DNA from: a virus
Length of the DNA stretch: 64,000 nt
Strand: one strand, 5' to 3'
Virus record (IMG/VR): IMGVR_UViG_3300048091_000425
The notes under the pieces are model-generated. The model was not told the DNA's origin. It saw nothing but the letters and a program-made list of their open reading frames with translations, and searched no databases. Below, piece by piece: positions 56,013-64,000 of this stretch. Positions within the stretch are counted from its first letter, which is position 1; the number at the start of each line of letters is the position of its first letter. A program made the position numbers and the translations under genes.

Positions 56013-56861
56013 TCATGCGATATGTTTAGCCGTCGCTTCGACGGGAACCGGCGTCTGCTCAGCACGTTGTTCAGCCAGCACCACCTTGGGCACGCCGATG
56101 TCGCGCAAGGCCTTGGCCAGCCGGGTGTCGAGCTGCGTTTCGCGCCCCTGCACCACGGCAAAGAACCTGTTCAGCACCTCACTGCGCGAGGCCCAGGCCG
56201 GCACAAAGGCGTACGCACCTTCCCATTCAAAGTACGTGTAGCGCCCTTCGCACCACTCCAGATGCTCTGCCAGCAACTCCTTGAAGCGGATCACGAGCTC
56301 TAAACGCCCTTCCCTTGCCATGGCCTGGAGAAATCCATTGGCCTGGATCACGTAGTACATGCCTTCGACCGAGCCGCTGGGCATCGGCAGCTTTGGATAC
56401 AGCATCTTGCCTTGGTGCTGCACCAACTCTGGCAGATGTTTCATGATCTCGAAGTACAGTCGTGCCCCGTCGTACTGGAGGACTTTAGCGTTGGCACGGG
56501 CCTTATCGAGGTAAGGCCTCGACCAATCCTCAATAACTTCCCACCGATTTTTTCCATTCAGGTCACGGTACAGCAGCGTCATGCCGTGGTCAGCCAGCAT
56601 CAGCTGGTGTTCATGCAAAGGATCCCAGCCCGTTACCCGGCTGACCTGCGGCTCGCTGAACGAGGTGTAGCCCACGCAAAAGGCTTCATAGCGCAGGGTG
56701 TCCCACCGCTGAGCTTGCTCTTCCGTTGCCCATCCCTCGACACGGCCATTGCTGGCCTCGAACATTGGATGAATGCCTTTAGGATTGGCGCTTTTCGATT
56801 GAAACAGCGCGCCTTCCAGGTCAGTAACCACCAGATTGTCAAACAAGCTTCTTCGGTACAT
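56013..56861 (-). CDS. hypothetical protein
   Basis: 282-aa ORF in operon. Confidence 0.7.
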   Translation of the reverse strand: MYRRSLFDNLVVTDLEGALFQSKSANPKGIHPMFEASNGRVEGWATEEQAQRWDTLRYEAFCVGYTSFSEPQVSRVTGWDPLHEHQLMLADHGMTLLYRDLNGKNRWEVIEDWSRPYLDKARANAKVLQYDGARLYFEIMKHLPELVQHQGKMLYPKLPMPSGSVEGMYYVIQANGFLQAMAREGRLELVIRFKELLAEHLEWCEGRYTYFEWEGAYAFVPAWASRSEVLNRFFAVVQGRETQLDTRLAKALRDIGVPKVVLAEQRAEQTPVPVEATAKHIA

Positions 56862-57225
56862 CCAAGTCCCCGTTGCGCATTGGTCGAAGCAATTCTTGAA
56901 TTACACGGTTGATTTGCGTGGCATATCCACCGGCCTGACCCACGTTTTCGACCTGCGAACGTAGGTACAGCTCGGTCAATTCTCCCCAGTGTGGCATCAG
57001 CACCGCGAAGCCGGGCACCAATTTAGCCACCAGTGGCAGCAAATTCTGCATCTGCGGGAATGCCTTGAGCAACTCCATGCAGGCAATAAAGCCTTTACCG
57101 GTGCTTGGCCCGACAAAATCCCCGCTTCGTGACCCAAGTGCAATGGCAATGATGGTCATGGCGCTGTCCGGGCGTTTTTCCCTGGCAATCCACACACCTA
57201 ACCGCTGGAACTCTTCAATGCTCAT
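56839..57225 (-). CDS. phage-like hypothetical protein
   Basis: C.ELLKAFP....L..V......WGELTELY pattern. Confidence 0.65.
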   Translation of the reverse strand: MSIEEFQRLGVWIAREKRPDSAMTIIAIALGSRSGDFVGPSTGKGFIACMELLKAFPQMQNLLPLVAKLVPGFAVLMPHWGELTELYLRSQVENVGQAGGYATQINRVIQELLRPMRNGDLDVPKKLV

Positions 57226-57368
57226 CTGACTTTTGGGCTCAAACCATCAACCGCTTCAAAGCCTTCGAGGATAACCATCATCCGCTGGCGCAGCAATGGG
57301 ACAGGAGCATCGTTGCGACCGGTTACACTCCCTCCGGATAATGGTGGTAATCACCAGGACATCGACCG

Positions 57369-58535
57369 ATGAACAAGCCACTCCCGACACTAAGCCCCTA
57401 CCGCCTTCGCGCCATCACCAATGAGTTCCGTGGACGCAAGCACTGGGAGGAAGGCTGGCACGGAGGAAAGCCTGACACCTACAACGACAAGGTGGCCGTG
57501 CTCGAGGCGATAGAGCCTGCGGTTTTGAACAAACTGCTGCAGATTTTGCAGCTGCATGTCGGCGGTGAGACCGTCCGCAACCTTGCACACCTGGATAAGC
57601 TTCTGGATGTTGTGGCAAAGGAGAATGAAGGCGGTTTCGAAGCAGGCTTGCCGAAACCTCACTTACGCGTCTACAGCCTGTGCTTCGCCGGCGTGCATTC
57701 TCACGTTTATTGGCCCAGGCTGATAACTCTGATCCAAGGCGCAAGCCAGGAACATGAACAGCAGATTCGTGGGTTTTTCGGCACGGTGATGGACATCGAT
57801 CTCGACGAGCTACTGAGCAAAGGACAGTTGCCTTTCGAAATGCCTGAGCAGCTGCGCCATATCCTGCCCCGTCAAGCATTCTCCGGCATTGATTACATTC
57901 TCGACCCCCAATCCGGATCCTGGTTACGTGAGGATCGCTTTTCTTCTACCTACGAGCTTCAGTTTACTTGCGAGGAGTTCGATGACGCTGCAGATCGAAG
58001 GCTAAATTGCAAATACACCATTGCTCACGCCGGTACGCTTGAGGAGGCGCTTGCGCTGGCCAGCTTGCATCTAAAGAGCATAAATCCCTATTTTTCTTCG
58101 ATTACAGACATGCGAGAGGCGCAGGAAACCCTGAGTACTCCAGTCAGATATGAGATCTTCAGGGGGCCTTTCGAATTGGTCGTGCAGAGCAAGATCACAG
58201 AGTGTTTTACCGATGCGGATGAGCACACCCCAGACCCTGCTCTGAGGAAAATGATTCGTTACGACAACACCTGGAACCGGCGACCTTGCGCCGTCGAAGT
58301 TCAAAGGCTCCAGCAACAAAACCAGACACTCCAGGAGCGATTGAGAGCCTCCATCAAAGCACGCGACACCGAATATAGCTTTCATCACCAAATTGAGGCC
58401 AACGAAGACCGTATTAAGCAGTACGACTTCTGTGTGCCGAACGCGGTGCTTGAGAAAATGATTTTCGACACCGATCAACGCCTGGGCAACATGCACCACC
58501 TGGCCAGATATTTTAGCCAAGACCTCGGACTTTAA
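57369..58535 (+). CDS. FxxDLGL-tail family protein (solo)
   Basis: 388 aa; ends ARYFSQDLGL. Confidence 0.85.
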   Translation: MNKPLPTLSPYRLRAITNEFRGRKHWEEGWHGGKPDTYNDKVAVLEAIEPAVLNKLLQILQLHVGGETVRNLAHLDKLLDVVAKENEGGFEAGLPKPHLRVYSLCFAGVHSHVYWPRLITLIQGASQEHEQQIRGFFGTVMDIDLDELLSKGQLPFEMPEQLRHILPRQAFSGIDYILDPQSGSWLREDRFSSTYELQFTCEEFDDAADRRLNCKYTIAHAGTLEEALALASLHLKSINPYFSSITDMREAQETLSTPVRYEIFRGPFELVVQSKITECFTDADEHTPDPALRKMIRYDNTWNRRPCAVEVQRLQQQNQTLQERLRASIKARDTEYSFHHQIEANEDRIKQYDFCVPNAVLEKMIFDTDQRLGNMHHLARYFSQDLGL

Positions 58536-58618
58536 GCGGTTCGTGCATGATTTCCATCAATTGACATGGTAGTCTGTCAGCCGTTTATTTCAGACCAACC
58601 TTTACCGACAGGATCGTC

Positions 58619-59029
58619 ATGACTTCCACTACCGCTGCCTCCAGAATGAACTGGTTCAACCTGATGAAAAGCAACCTTGAGGTCATCAAGACGCTCTATC
58701 CGCTGGCGTTCCCAGCCGAAGGTCAGCCCGTCAAACCGCTCAAAAACAAAGTCGCTGATGATCTGGTCGTGGCATTGAAGGACTCGCACCCGGACATTAC
58801 CCCGGCCCACGTGCAGCATGTGCTGGGTTTCTGGTGCACCCGCCGCTTCTACCTGAAGAGCTTCAAGGCCGCCACGCACCGCATCGACCTGGCCGGCCAA
58901 CCTGTGGAAGAGATCAGTGAAGCGTCTCGTGAACACGCCATGAACCGTTTGGACGCCAGTGATCAGCAACGAGCCAAGGCCAAAGCCAAGTCTACTGCCA
59001 CGGCAGCAGCCACTCCGTCCCTTTCCTGA
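58619..59029 (+). CDS. ProQ/FinO-family RNA chaperone
   Basis: YP.AF......PLK..V..DL, L..WC....YL......RIDL.GQPVEEI. Confidence 0.85.
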   Translation: MTSTTAASRMNWFNLMKSNLEVIKTLYPLAFPAEGQPVKPLKNKVADDLVVALKDSHPDITPAHVQHVLGFWCTRRFYLKSFKAATHRIDLAGQPVEEISEASREHAMNRLDASDQQRAKAKAKSTATAAATPSLS

Positions 59030-59047
59030 CCCACCTGAAGGCCACCC

Positions 59048-60031
59048 ATGTCATTCGATCACGCCCAGAAGATCAAAGGGCCGGATGGCCTGGAAGCCAC
59101 AGTGACGCTCTACCGGGTCGACAAGACCACGTATAGCAGCGCCAGTAACCGCCTGCATTTCGACTGTGTGGGCGGTGATCAGTTCGAAGCCAAGCTATCC
59201 AAGGCTCAGCTCAAAAGCCGCTTTGTCGACAAACTCATCAGTGCTTTTCGCTTCAACCCGCCATGGCGTGAACACTTCAGGATCTTTACCAAGCCCCATG
59301 CGGTCTCTGAACTGCGCTACCAGAATGGCTTGGTCGGTTCGGTTGACTGCAAACTCAGGTCTTACGTCCAGGCGTTGAACGACCGTGGCTTCCCCACCAT
59401 GACAAGCTGTGAGGGGGATGCTCACCCAATGGGCCGGCCACCCTTCATCAAGTTCGTTGGGGCGATGCCAGAGGCACTGGAGACGGTCTGGAACAAACTT
59501 GAATGGATCAATCTTGATCGCAGCGTCACACCCTTTGCGATTCATGGCTTCACTCATGAGTACCGGGCCGTCTTTCTTCTCATACTGGATGACTGGCTGC
59601 ACGACGACCTTGACGTCACCGCCAAGCGTTATCGCCTGAATCGGGCCGGCCTTCCGCTCATTCCACCCTTCCCGCCTGTCAATGAAGCAGAGCTGAAAGC
59701 CCATCAGAAAGTGGTTGGCAAGCTAGCGCAGCGCATCAACAAAAAAGGTGGCAAAGAGTCAACCTTTGATGACCTGGTCAAACTGCGCAGTGGCCGCGAC
59801 AGCTACACCAACATGAAATTGCCGGCGCTGTTAGAAGCGCTGGAAGGTGATCCAGAGGTTGTGCACCTGCAACGACTGATCAAGGGTACCCCCGCCCTGC
59901 AACGCGCCCTACGCTGGCGCCTGCGCGGCCTGACGCTCGAGATCATCCTACGCAAGTACGAGGTCGATCAGGTGCTGAGTCGCCATGCAGAACAGAAGAA
60001 ACACGCTCGCTCCATTACTGCCGATTCCTAA
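59048..60031 (+). CDS. hypothetical protein with TYW3-like motif
   Basis: VD..L...V.ALN.RGF.T.TSCEG resembles the Tyw3-type D...N...T.SSC.G motif. Confidence 0.55.
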   Translation: MSFDHAQKIKGPDGLEATVTLYRVDKTTYSSASNRLHFDCVGGDQFEAKLSKAQLKSRFVDKLISAFRFNPPWREHFRIFTKPHAVSELRYQNGLVGSVDCKLRSYVQALNDRGFPTMTSCEGDAHPMGRPPFIKFVGAMPEALETVWNKLEWINLDRSVTPFAIHGFTHEYRAVFLLILDDWLHDDLDVTAKRYRLNRAGLPLIPPFPPVNEAELKAHQKVVGKLAQRINKKGGKESTFDDLVKLRSGRDSYTNMKLPALLEALEGDPEVVHLQRLIKGTPALQRALRWRLRGLTLEIILRKYEVDQVLSRHAEQKKHARSITADS

Positions 60032-60036
60032 AACCT

Positions 60037-60135
60037 GTTGTTCGACATTCATTTGCGATTTGACCGGGTTCATGTCTGGCGCAGCACACCTTGATAGATT
60101 GGTTGTTCGACATCCATTCACTTTTTGACCGGTTG
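60037..60135 (+). repeat. two ~34-bp direct repeats
   Basis: GTTGTTCGACAT(T/C)CATT-N5-TTTGACCGG at 60037 and 60102. Confidence 0.6.
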
Positions 60136-60590
60136 TGCAGGGGCCTTGGCCTTACACCGGCGCGTTCCCCCACACCCCACCAGACAGCTGTTGATCTGCT
60201 CTGGCTGTTTTGCCAGCCCTTGCCCTGCTCTTTGCTCGGTTCCGTTTGATGTGTGTTTGCTGCCGTGGATAGTGGCTATCCAGGGTATGTGACCCTGGGC
60301 ATGGCTTAACGCTCAGAAACTTTGCCAATCAATTGCCGCACAGCGCAACAGCAGGAATCAAAAGCTTCATACTTTAAAGCAAAAGCCCTCTTCTTAAAGC
60401 CTAAAAGCCACCGCAAAAACCAGAGCAAAAGCCAGGCGGTTTAAGATCAAGAGCGCGGAATACGGCTTAAAGGCAAGATCAAGAGCAACAACCAGATCAA
60501 CAGCATGATGGTTAAAAGCAAAGGCAACTTGCTTGCCGGCGCCGGCGCCCGGTACCCTTGCAAGCACCATAATCAGAAGCGAACACCGCC

Positions 60591-61253
60591 ATGTTTTTGC
60601 TCTATTCGACCGCGCTGCTGCTCGTCGTCACCGCCCTCTGCGTGCCTCACCTGGTGCGGCCTTTATTTGCAGCGGTGTACAGCCAGGCGCTGGATAAGGC
60701 CTATCTGCTAAAAGCCTATTGGCCTAAAGATCCAGAGCCTGAGAACTATCATTTAAAACGCCTCAAACAACACCGGAACCGCCTATCCATACGCGCTGAC
60801 GCCCAGATCTGCAGTATGGGCATCAATGCAGATTTGTACCGGCCCAACGAGATCTGCGGGCTCCAGGAGGCGCTGCACAAGCTCCAGCACTGTGACGGCG
60901 TGGTGTTGTTTGAAAACGGAAGGATGATCTTTCCAGACGGCCAGACCTTGGACATTCATTCACTGACAAAGAAAATCCATCACCAACTGGTCAATGCTTA
61001 CGTTGGGCTGGATGAAGCGGCCTCGATTATCACGGACTACGCCGATGACTTGGGCAACGAGGCGCTGGCGGCCAGCACCAACAAGACCCTATACAGTATC
61101 AGTGGCCAGACGGCGAAGTATCCACTGGACGGGGTGATTGGGCCGCTGGCGCTGCTACTCGGCGTAGATCCGGACAAGAATGACTTAGCCGCCCACGGCG
61201 GTGATGCGCTCTGGAGCAGAAACAAAGCTCGGTTGTTTGGCACCAAAAAATAG
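60591..61253 (+). CDS. hypothetical protein with N-terminal membrane anchor
   Basis: 220 aa; hydrophobic N-terminus. Confidence 0.65.
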   Translation: MFLLYSTALLLVVTALCVPHLVRPLFAAVYSQALDKAYLLKAYWPKDPEPENYHLKRLKQHRNRLSIRADAQICSMGINADLYRPNEICGLQEALHKLQHCDGVVLFENGRMIFPDGQTLDIHSLTKKIHHQLVNAYVGLDEAASIITDYADDLGNEALAASTNKTLYSISGQTAKYPLDGVIGPLALLLGVDPDKNDLAAHGGDALWSRNKARLFGTKK

Positions 61254-61324
61254 CGCTCTGTGCTCTTGAGGCCGTGCGCCGCAGGTGCACTGCCGTCGCT
61301 TGCTTTGCCCTCCCCCCAAAAGCT

Positions 61325-61579
61325 TTAAGCCTTGGATTCCGCAAGCTCCAAATCTTTCCACTGGGGCTCAAAAATCTTTTCTTCCTTGTATCGCCCCATT
61401 TTTGGGAACACCACGGTAGGTTGTTTAACGTGGCCTGGAAATTCACGCTGGCCACGATACCCGGTGATTTCCCCGACCCGGCCTTTGTATTTCCTGATCT
61501 GTTTTTCTCCCCCACGAACAAGGTAGCGCTCAGTGAACTGAACCTTCGTGCCTACGGGGAGAGCTTCTGTGACTTCCAT
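61325..61579 (-). CDS. small SH3/KOW-like hypothetical protein
   Basis: ATG 61579 after GAGG; G.KVQF...GRVGEI.G...VVF pattern. Confidence 0.55.
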   Translation of the reverse strand: MEVTEALPVGTKVQFTERYLVRGGEKQIRKYKGRVGEITGYRGQREFPGHVKQPTVVFPKMGRYKEEKIFEPQWKDLELAESKA

Positions 61580-61659
61580 GAATGCACCTCTGCGATACGT
61601 CCCACCAAGATACATTCCTAGAATCATACGTGCAAGGGGGTTACACCCCCTCAGCTGGA

Positions 61660-62226
61660 TCAGAACAGGTTGTTCTGTAGCGGCTCTTCACGCTCTGCCT
61701 TAAGCGATACCTCAAGCGCTCGCTGAATGCTCTCGGAGTGTTGCATGTCGGCGAACGGGTTGACCTTCTGACGGATCTGCTCGAAGTGCGCCAGTATCCA
61801 CGCGGAGTCTTTCGGCTGGACGACACAAGGTTTTCCGCCGAAATTCTGGACGTAGTAGTGCTCAAGCGGCAGCTTGGACTCTTCAAGGGCCTCCTTCAGC
61901 TCAGGATGACTGGCCAGCTTGGCGTCGTTCGCCTGGCAGATCAGCTCCTGGAAGCGTTCAGGGTGCCACTTCCTGACCGTTGGAAGGTCACGGCCAAGTC
62001 TCTTGGCTTCGTACCCATGCGCATGGCGCAGCTCCTCAGCCTGGCGAGTCAGCCAATACCAGTAACCCTCTACAGAGGCGAACCGGCCATGCTCTACGTG
62101 GCAGAAAGGCTTGTGGGCGAAGTGCGACAGATCCTTGCCCAGGTCGGTCTTGCCCTTGCTGTAGATGTTGAGGTGGGTGACCCCATCCTCCTCAGGCTTG
62201 AATTCCTTTTTCTGCGTCATGGCCAC
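61660..62226 (-). CDS. divergent phage-type NADAR-like protein
   Basis: DGVTHLNIYSKGKT.LG..LSHFAH.PF.....G.F.SVEG.W, EAKRLGR; ends QNNLF. Confidence 0.6.
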   Translation of the reverse strand: MAMTQKKEFKPEEDGVTHLNIYSKGKTDLGKDLSHFAHKPFCHVEHGRFASVEGYWYWLTRQAEELRHAHGYEAKRLGRDLPTVRKWHPERFQELICQANDAKLASHPELKEALEESKLPLEHYYVQNFGGKPCVVQPKDSAWILAHFEQIRQKVNPFADMQHSESIQRALEVSLKAEREEPLQNNLF

Positions 62227-62383
62227 GTCCTCTCATTACATTCTGCATTTCTTCCAGCATACCAACGCCGTATCAATGGATTAAAGGCTTCATGAACAAT
62301 ATGCATTAATTGTCATTCCTTAAGGATCAATTGTATGATGTGGCCGATTTTATCCGTCCTATTGCTATGTAATTGAGGCCTCC

Positions 62384-63571
62384 ATGTTCAAGAAAGCCCT
62401 GCTACCCATGCTGATCGTTGCCGCCCTCTCGGGCTGCTACGACAAAAAAACCACGACCGTTGACGGCTCCAGCCAGGTAACGCTCACCGATTCCCTGGGC
62501 AAGATCACCGGCAGCCTGCCTGGCGACCAGCAGATGCAGTACGTCCAAGACGTCACCCTGCTGAAGAATACCTACCAGCTGGATCAACTGCAGATCGACC
62601 TGAACGGCAAGAACGCCCAGGAAATCATGGCTACCGCGCAACAACTGCGCGACAAGCTGATGCTCGATGAGCAGCAGAAGATCCAGGCTCAACTCCAGGA
62701 AGTCGCCGAGCAGTCCAAGCAGCGTGACCTGGCGTCCCTGCGTGCCGACATCGACACGCTCAAAGCCAAGCGTGATGCCGAGCTGACCAAGCTGCAATTC
62801 AAGATCGACAGCGTCGTCTTCGAACATTCGAAAAACAGCGTCACCGACGTCAACGACCCGGTCATCAACCTGCTGGTCACCAACAACACCAAGCTCAATG
62901 TCTTCGGCGCGTCGCTTGAAGGCGTTCTGACCGTTGCTGATCAGGCAGAGCCGCTGCACACCGGATTGCTGGATCTGCAACTGGAAAAGATCCTTCTGCC
63001 GGGCGAGTCGATCTCGACCTCCATCAAGCCGAGCATCATCAGTGACTGGCGTTCGGTCAAAGCCCCTGAAAATGCAGCGCTGGCGCTGACTGTCAAAGAC
63101 CTGCGTGACGAGAAAGGCGAAAGCCTGGTCGGCGGCCTGTCCTTTACCAAAGAAGACGGTGATCAGCTGACCGCTATGGCTCAGCAACTGCTGGCGCTGG
63201 ATCCGACGGCACAGACCGAAGCCGAAGCTCTGATCAACCCGGCACAGATCGCGCTGCCGCTGCCTGTGACCGCGCCAGAAGCCTCGTCTGATGCAGAACC
63301 GGCCCCAGTGGCCCCAACTGCTCCAGAAGCCGCTCAGCCGGACGTCAGCAACGCCATGCCCGTTCAATTGATGCCTGAATCGGAAGTCAGCCTGCCGAAA
63401 GAAGCTGAAGTGGCCCCGGCCCCAGCTCCTGAAGTAGCAGCTCCGGTCACCGCTGAACCTGTTGTAGAAGCGCCAGAAGCCACCCCGGCTGATGAAAACG
63501 CTCCTGACTTCACCCAGATCCAGGCTCCAACCGAAGCGCCTACTGCTGAAAACACCCCCGCGTCCAACTGA
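62384..63571 (+). CDS. lipoprotein (DUF6694-like N-terminus) with Pro/Ala/Glu-rich tail
   Basis: Lipobox LSG/C; DGSS...SL..I..SL and LNGK.A.EI motifs; low-complexity C-terminus. Confidence 0.8.
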   Translation: MFKKALLPMLIVAALSGCYDKKTTTVDGSSQVTLTDSLGKITGSLPGDQQMQYVQDVTLLKNTYQLDQLQIDLNGKNAQEIMATAQQLRDKLMLDEQQKIQAQLQEVAEQSKQRDLASLRADIDTLKAKRDAELTKLQFKIDSVVFEHSKNSVTDVNDPVINLLVTNNTKLNVFGASLEGVLTVADQAEPLHTGLLDLQLEKILLPGESISTSIKPSIISDWRSVKAPENAALALTVKDLRDEKGESLVGGLSFTKEDGDQLTAMAQQLLALDPTAQTEAEALINPAQIALPLPVTAPEASSDAEPAPVAPTAPEAAQPDVSNAMPVQLMPESEVSLPKEAEVAPAPAPEVAAPVTAEPVVEAPEATPADENAPDFTQIQAPTEAPTAENTPASN

Positions 63572-63621
63572 TCCCTCCACTCAGTCGACAAGCGTCTAGT
63601 CCGGCGCTTGTTACTGAAGAC

Positions 63622-63652
63622 AAAAAGGCCGCATTCAGATGCGGCCTTTTTT
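63622..63652. terminator. bidirectional intrinsic terminator
   Basis: AAAAAGGCCGCAT-TCAG-ATGCGGCCTTTTTT. Confidence 0.85.
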
Positions 63653-63670
63653 CGTCCTGCAATTGTGCGA

Positions 63671-64000
63671 TCAGGCGGTTAGGCGTTCCTGGTGGAGAAG
63701 CCTGGATTTGCCAACCACTGCTTTCCACACGACCCGCCAGAACAGCAACTCCTCGTCAGTCACCTTGTAGACCTGGCTCTGCTCGACCACATCCATCAGG
63801 TTTTCCAGGATGAGGTAGGTTTTGAGCGCTTCTACATCCAGGGTCGCGCTGTAAAAGCTGCACATATCCAGGCCAGCGGCGAGGTCATCACTGCTCATCA
63901 CGCCCTTAGTGTGAAGGTCGCGCATGCCCAGTTCGGCCCGCTCAAAGAAGATTTCAGGATCTAGCTCTTGCGTGCCAAGGCTGGACTGGCAACGTGCGGC
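63671..64000 (-). CDS. hypothetical protein, 5' end beyond the window
   Basis: Frame of ORF 63671..63925 stays open to position 64000. Confidence 0.6.
   Translation of the reverse strand, partial: AARCQSSLGTQELDPEIFFERAELGMRDLHTKGVMSSDDLAAGLDMCSFYSATLDVEALKTYLILENLMDVVEQSQVYKVTDEELLFWRVVWKAVVGKSRLLHQERLTA

Noticed and set aside
17620-58570. Recurring (T)CAATTG(AC) words in intergenic regions (about 17625, 42656-42695, 58557)
   Set aside because: Explained by sigma70 -35 TTGACA-like elements on either strand in AT-rich promoters; too short to call an operator without statistics.
1-64000. Prophage / phage-plasmid
   Set aside because: Many phage-like accessory genes, but no terminase, capsid, tail, integrase or lysis genes in this window.
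1-64000. tRNA, rRNA or IS elements
   Set aside because: No cloverleaf or rRNA signatures, transposase ORFs or IS terminal repeats were recognised by eye; a tRNAscan/ISEScan run would be decisive.

Overview
This 64 kb window looks like part of a large Pseudomonas-type plasmid (megaplasmid), including its replication region. Gene density is high, most genes are hypothetical or phage-like, and no rRNA, tRNA, transposase, integron or CRISPR array is visible. The replication region has a Rep_3-family initiator (51804-52697) with about 33 same-orientation GTCCACAT-core iterons, mostly at helically phased spacing, and a perfect DnaA box. Recognisable genes include three tandem PilV-like type IV pilus adhesins, DHFR, RNase II, an RlmN-like radical SAM protein, a ProQ/FinO protein, two NADAR-like proteins, a nucleoside 2-deoxyribosyltransferase, an IrrE/ImmA peptidase, CNNM/CBS and DUF808 membrane proteins, and a FhaC/ShlB-like barrel. 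The most unusual signals are five. (1) Seven large, divergent proteins all end in F-[SG]-x-D-[LI]-G-[LI]-stop. (2) A solo Cas4-like nuclease is split across two coupled genes, one membrane-anchored and one fused to a CFI-box-CTERM-like domain. (3) The iteron field is about 1.5 kb long and helically phased. (4) There is a 22-bp palindromic tandem array downstream of two DNA-binding genes. (5) The RlmN-like enzyme lacks the resolving cysteine. All family assignments are from motif recognition by eye; no database searches were run.
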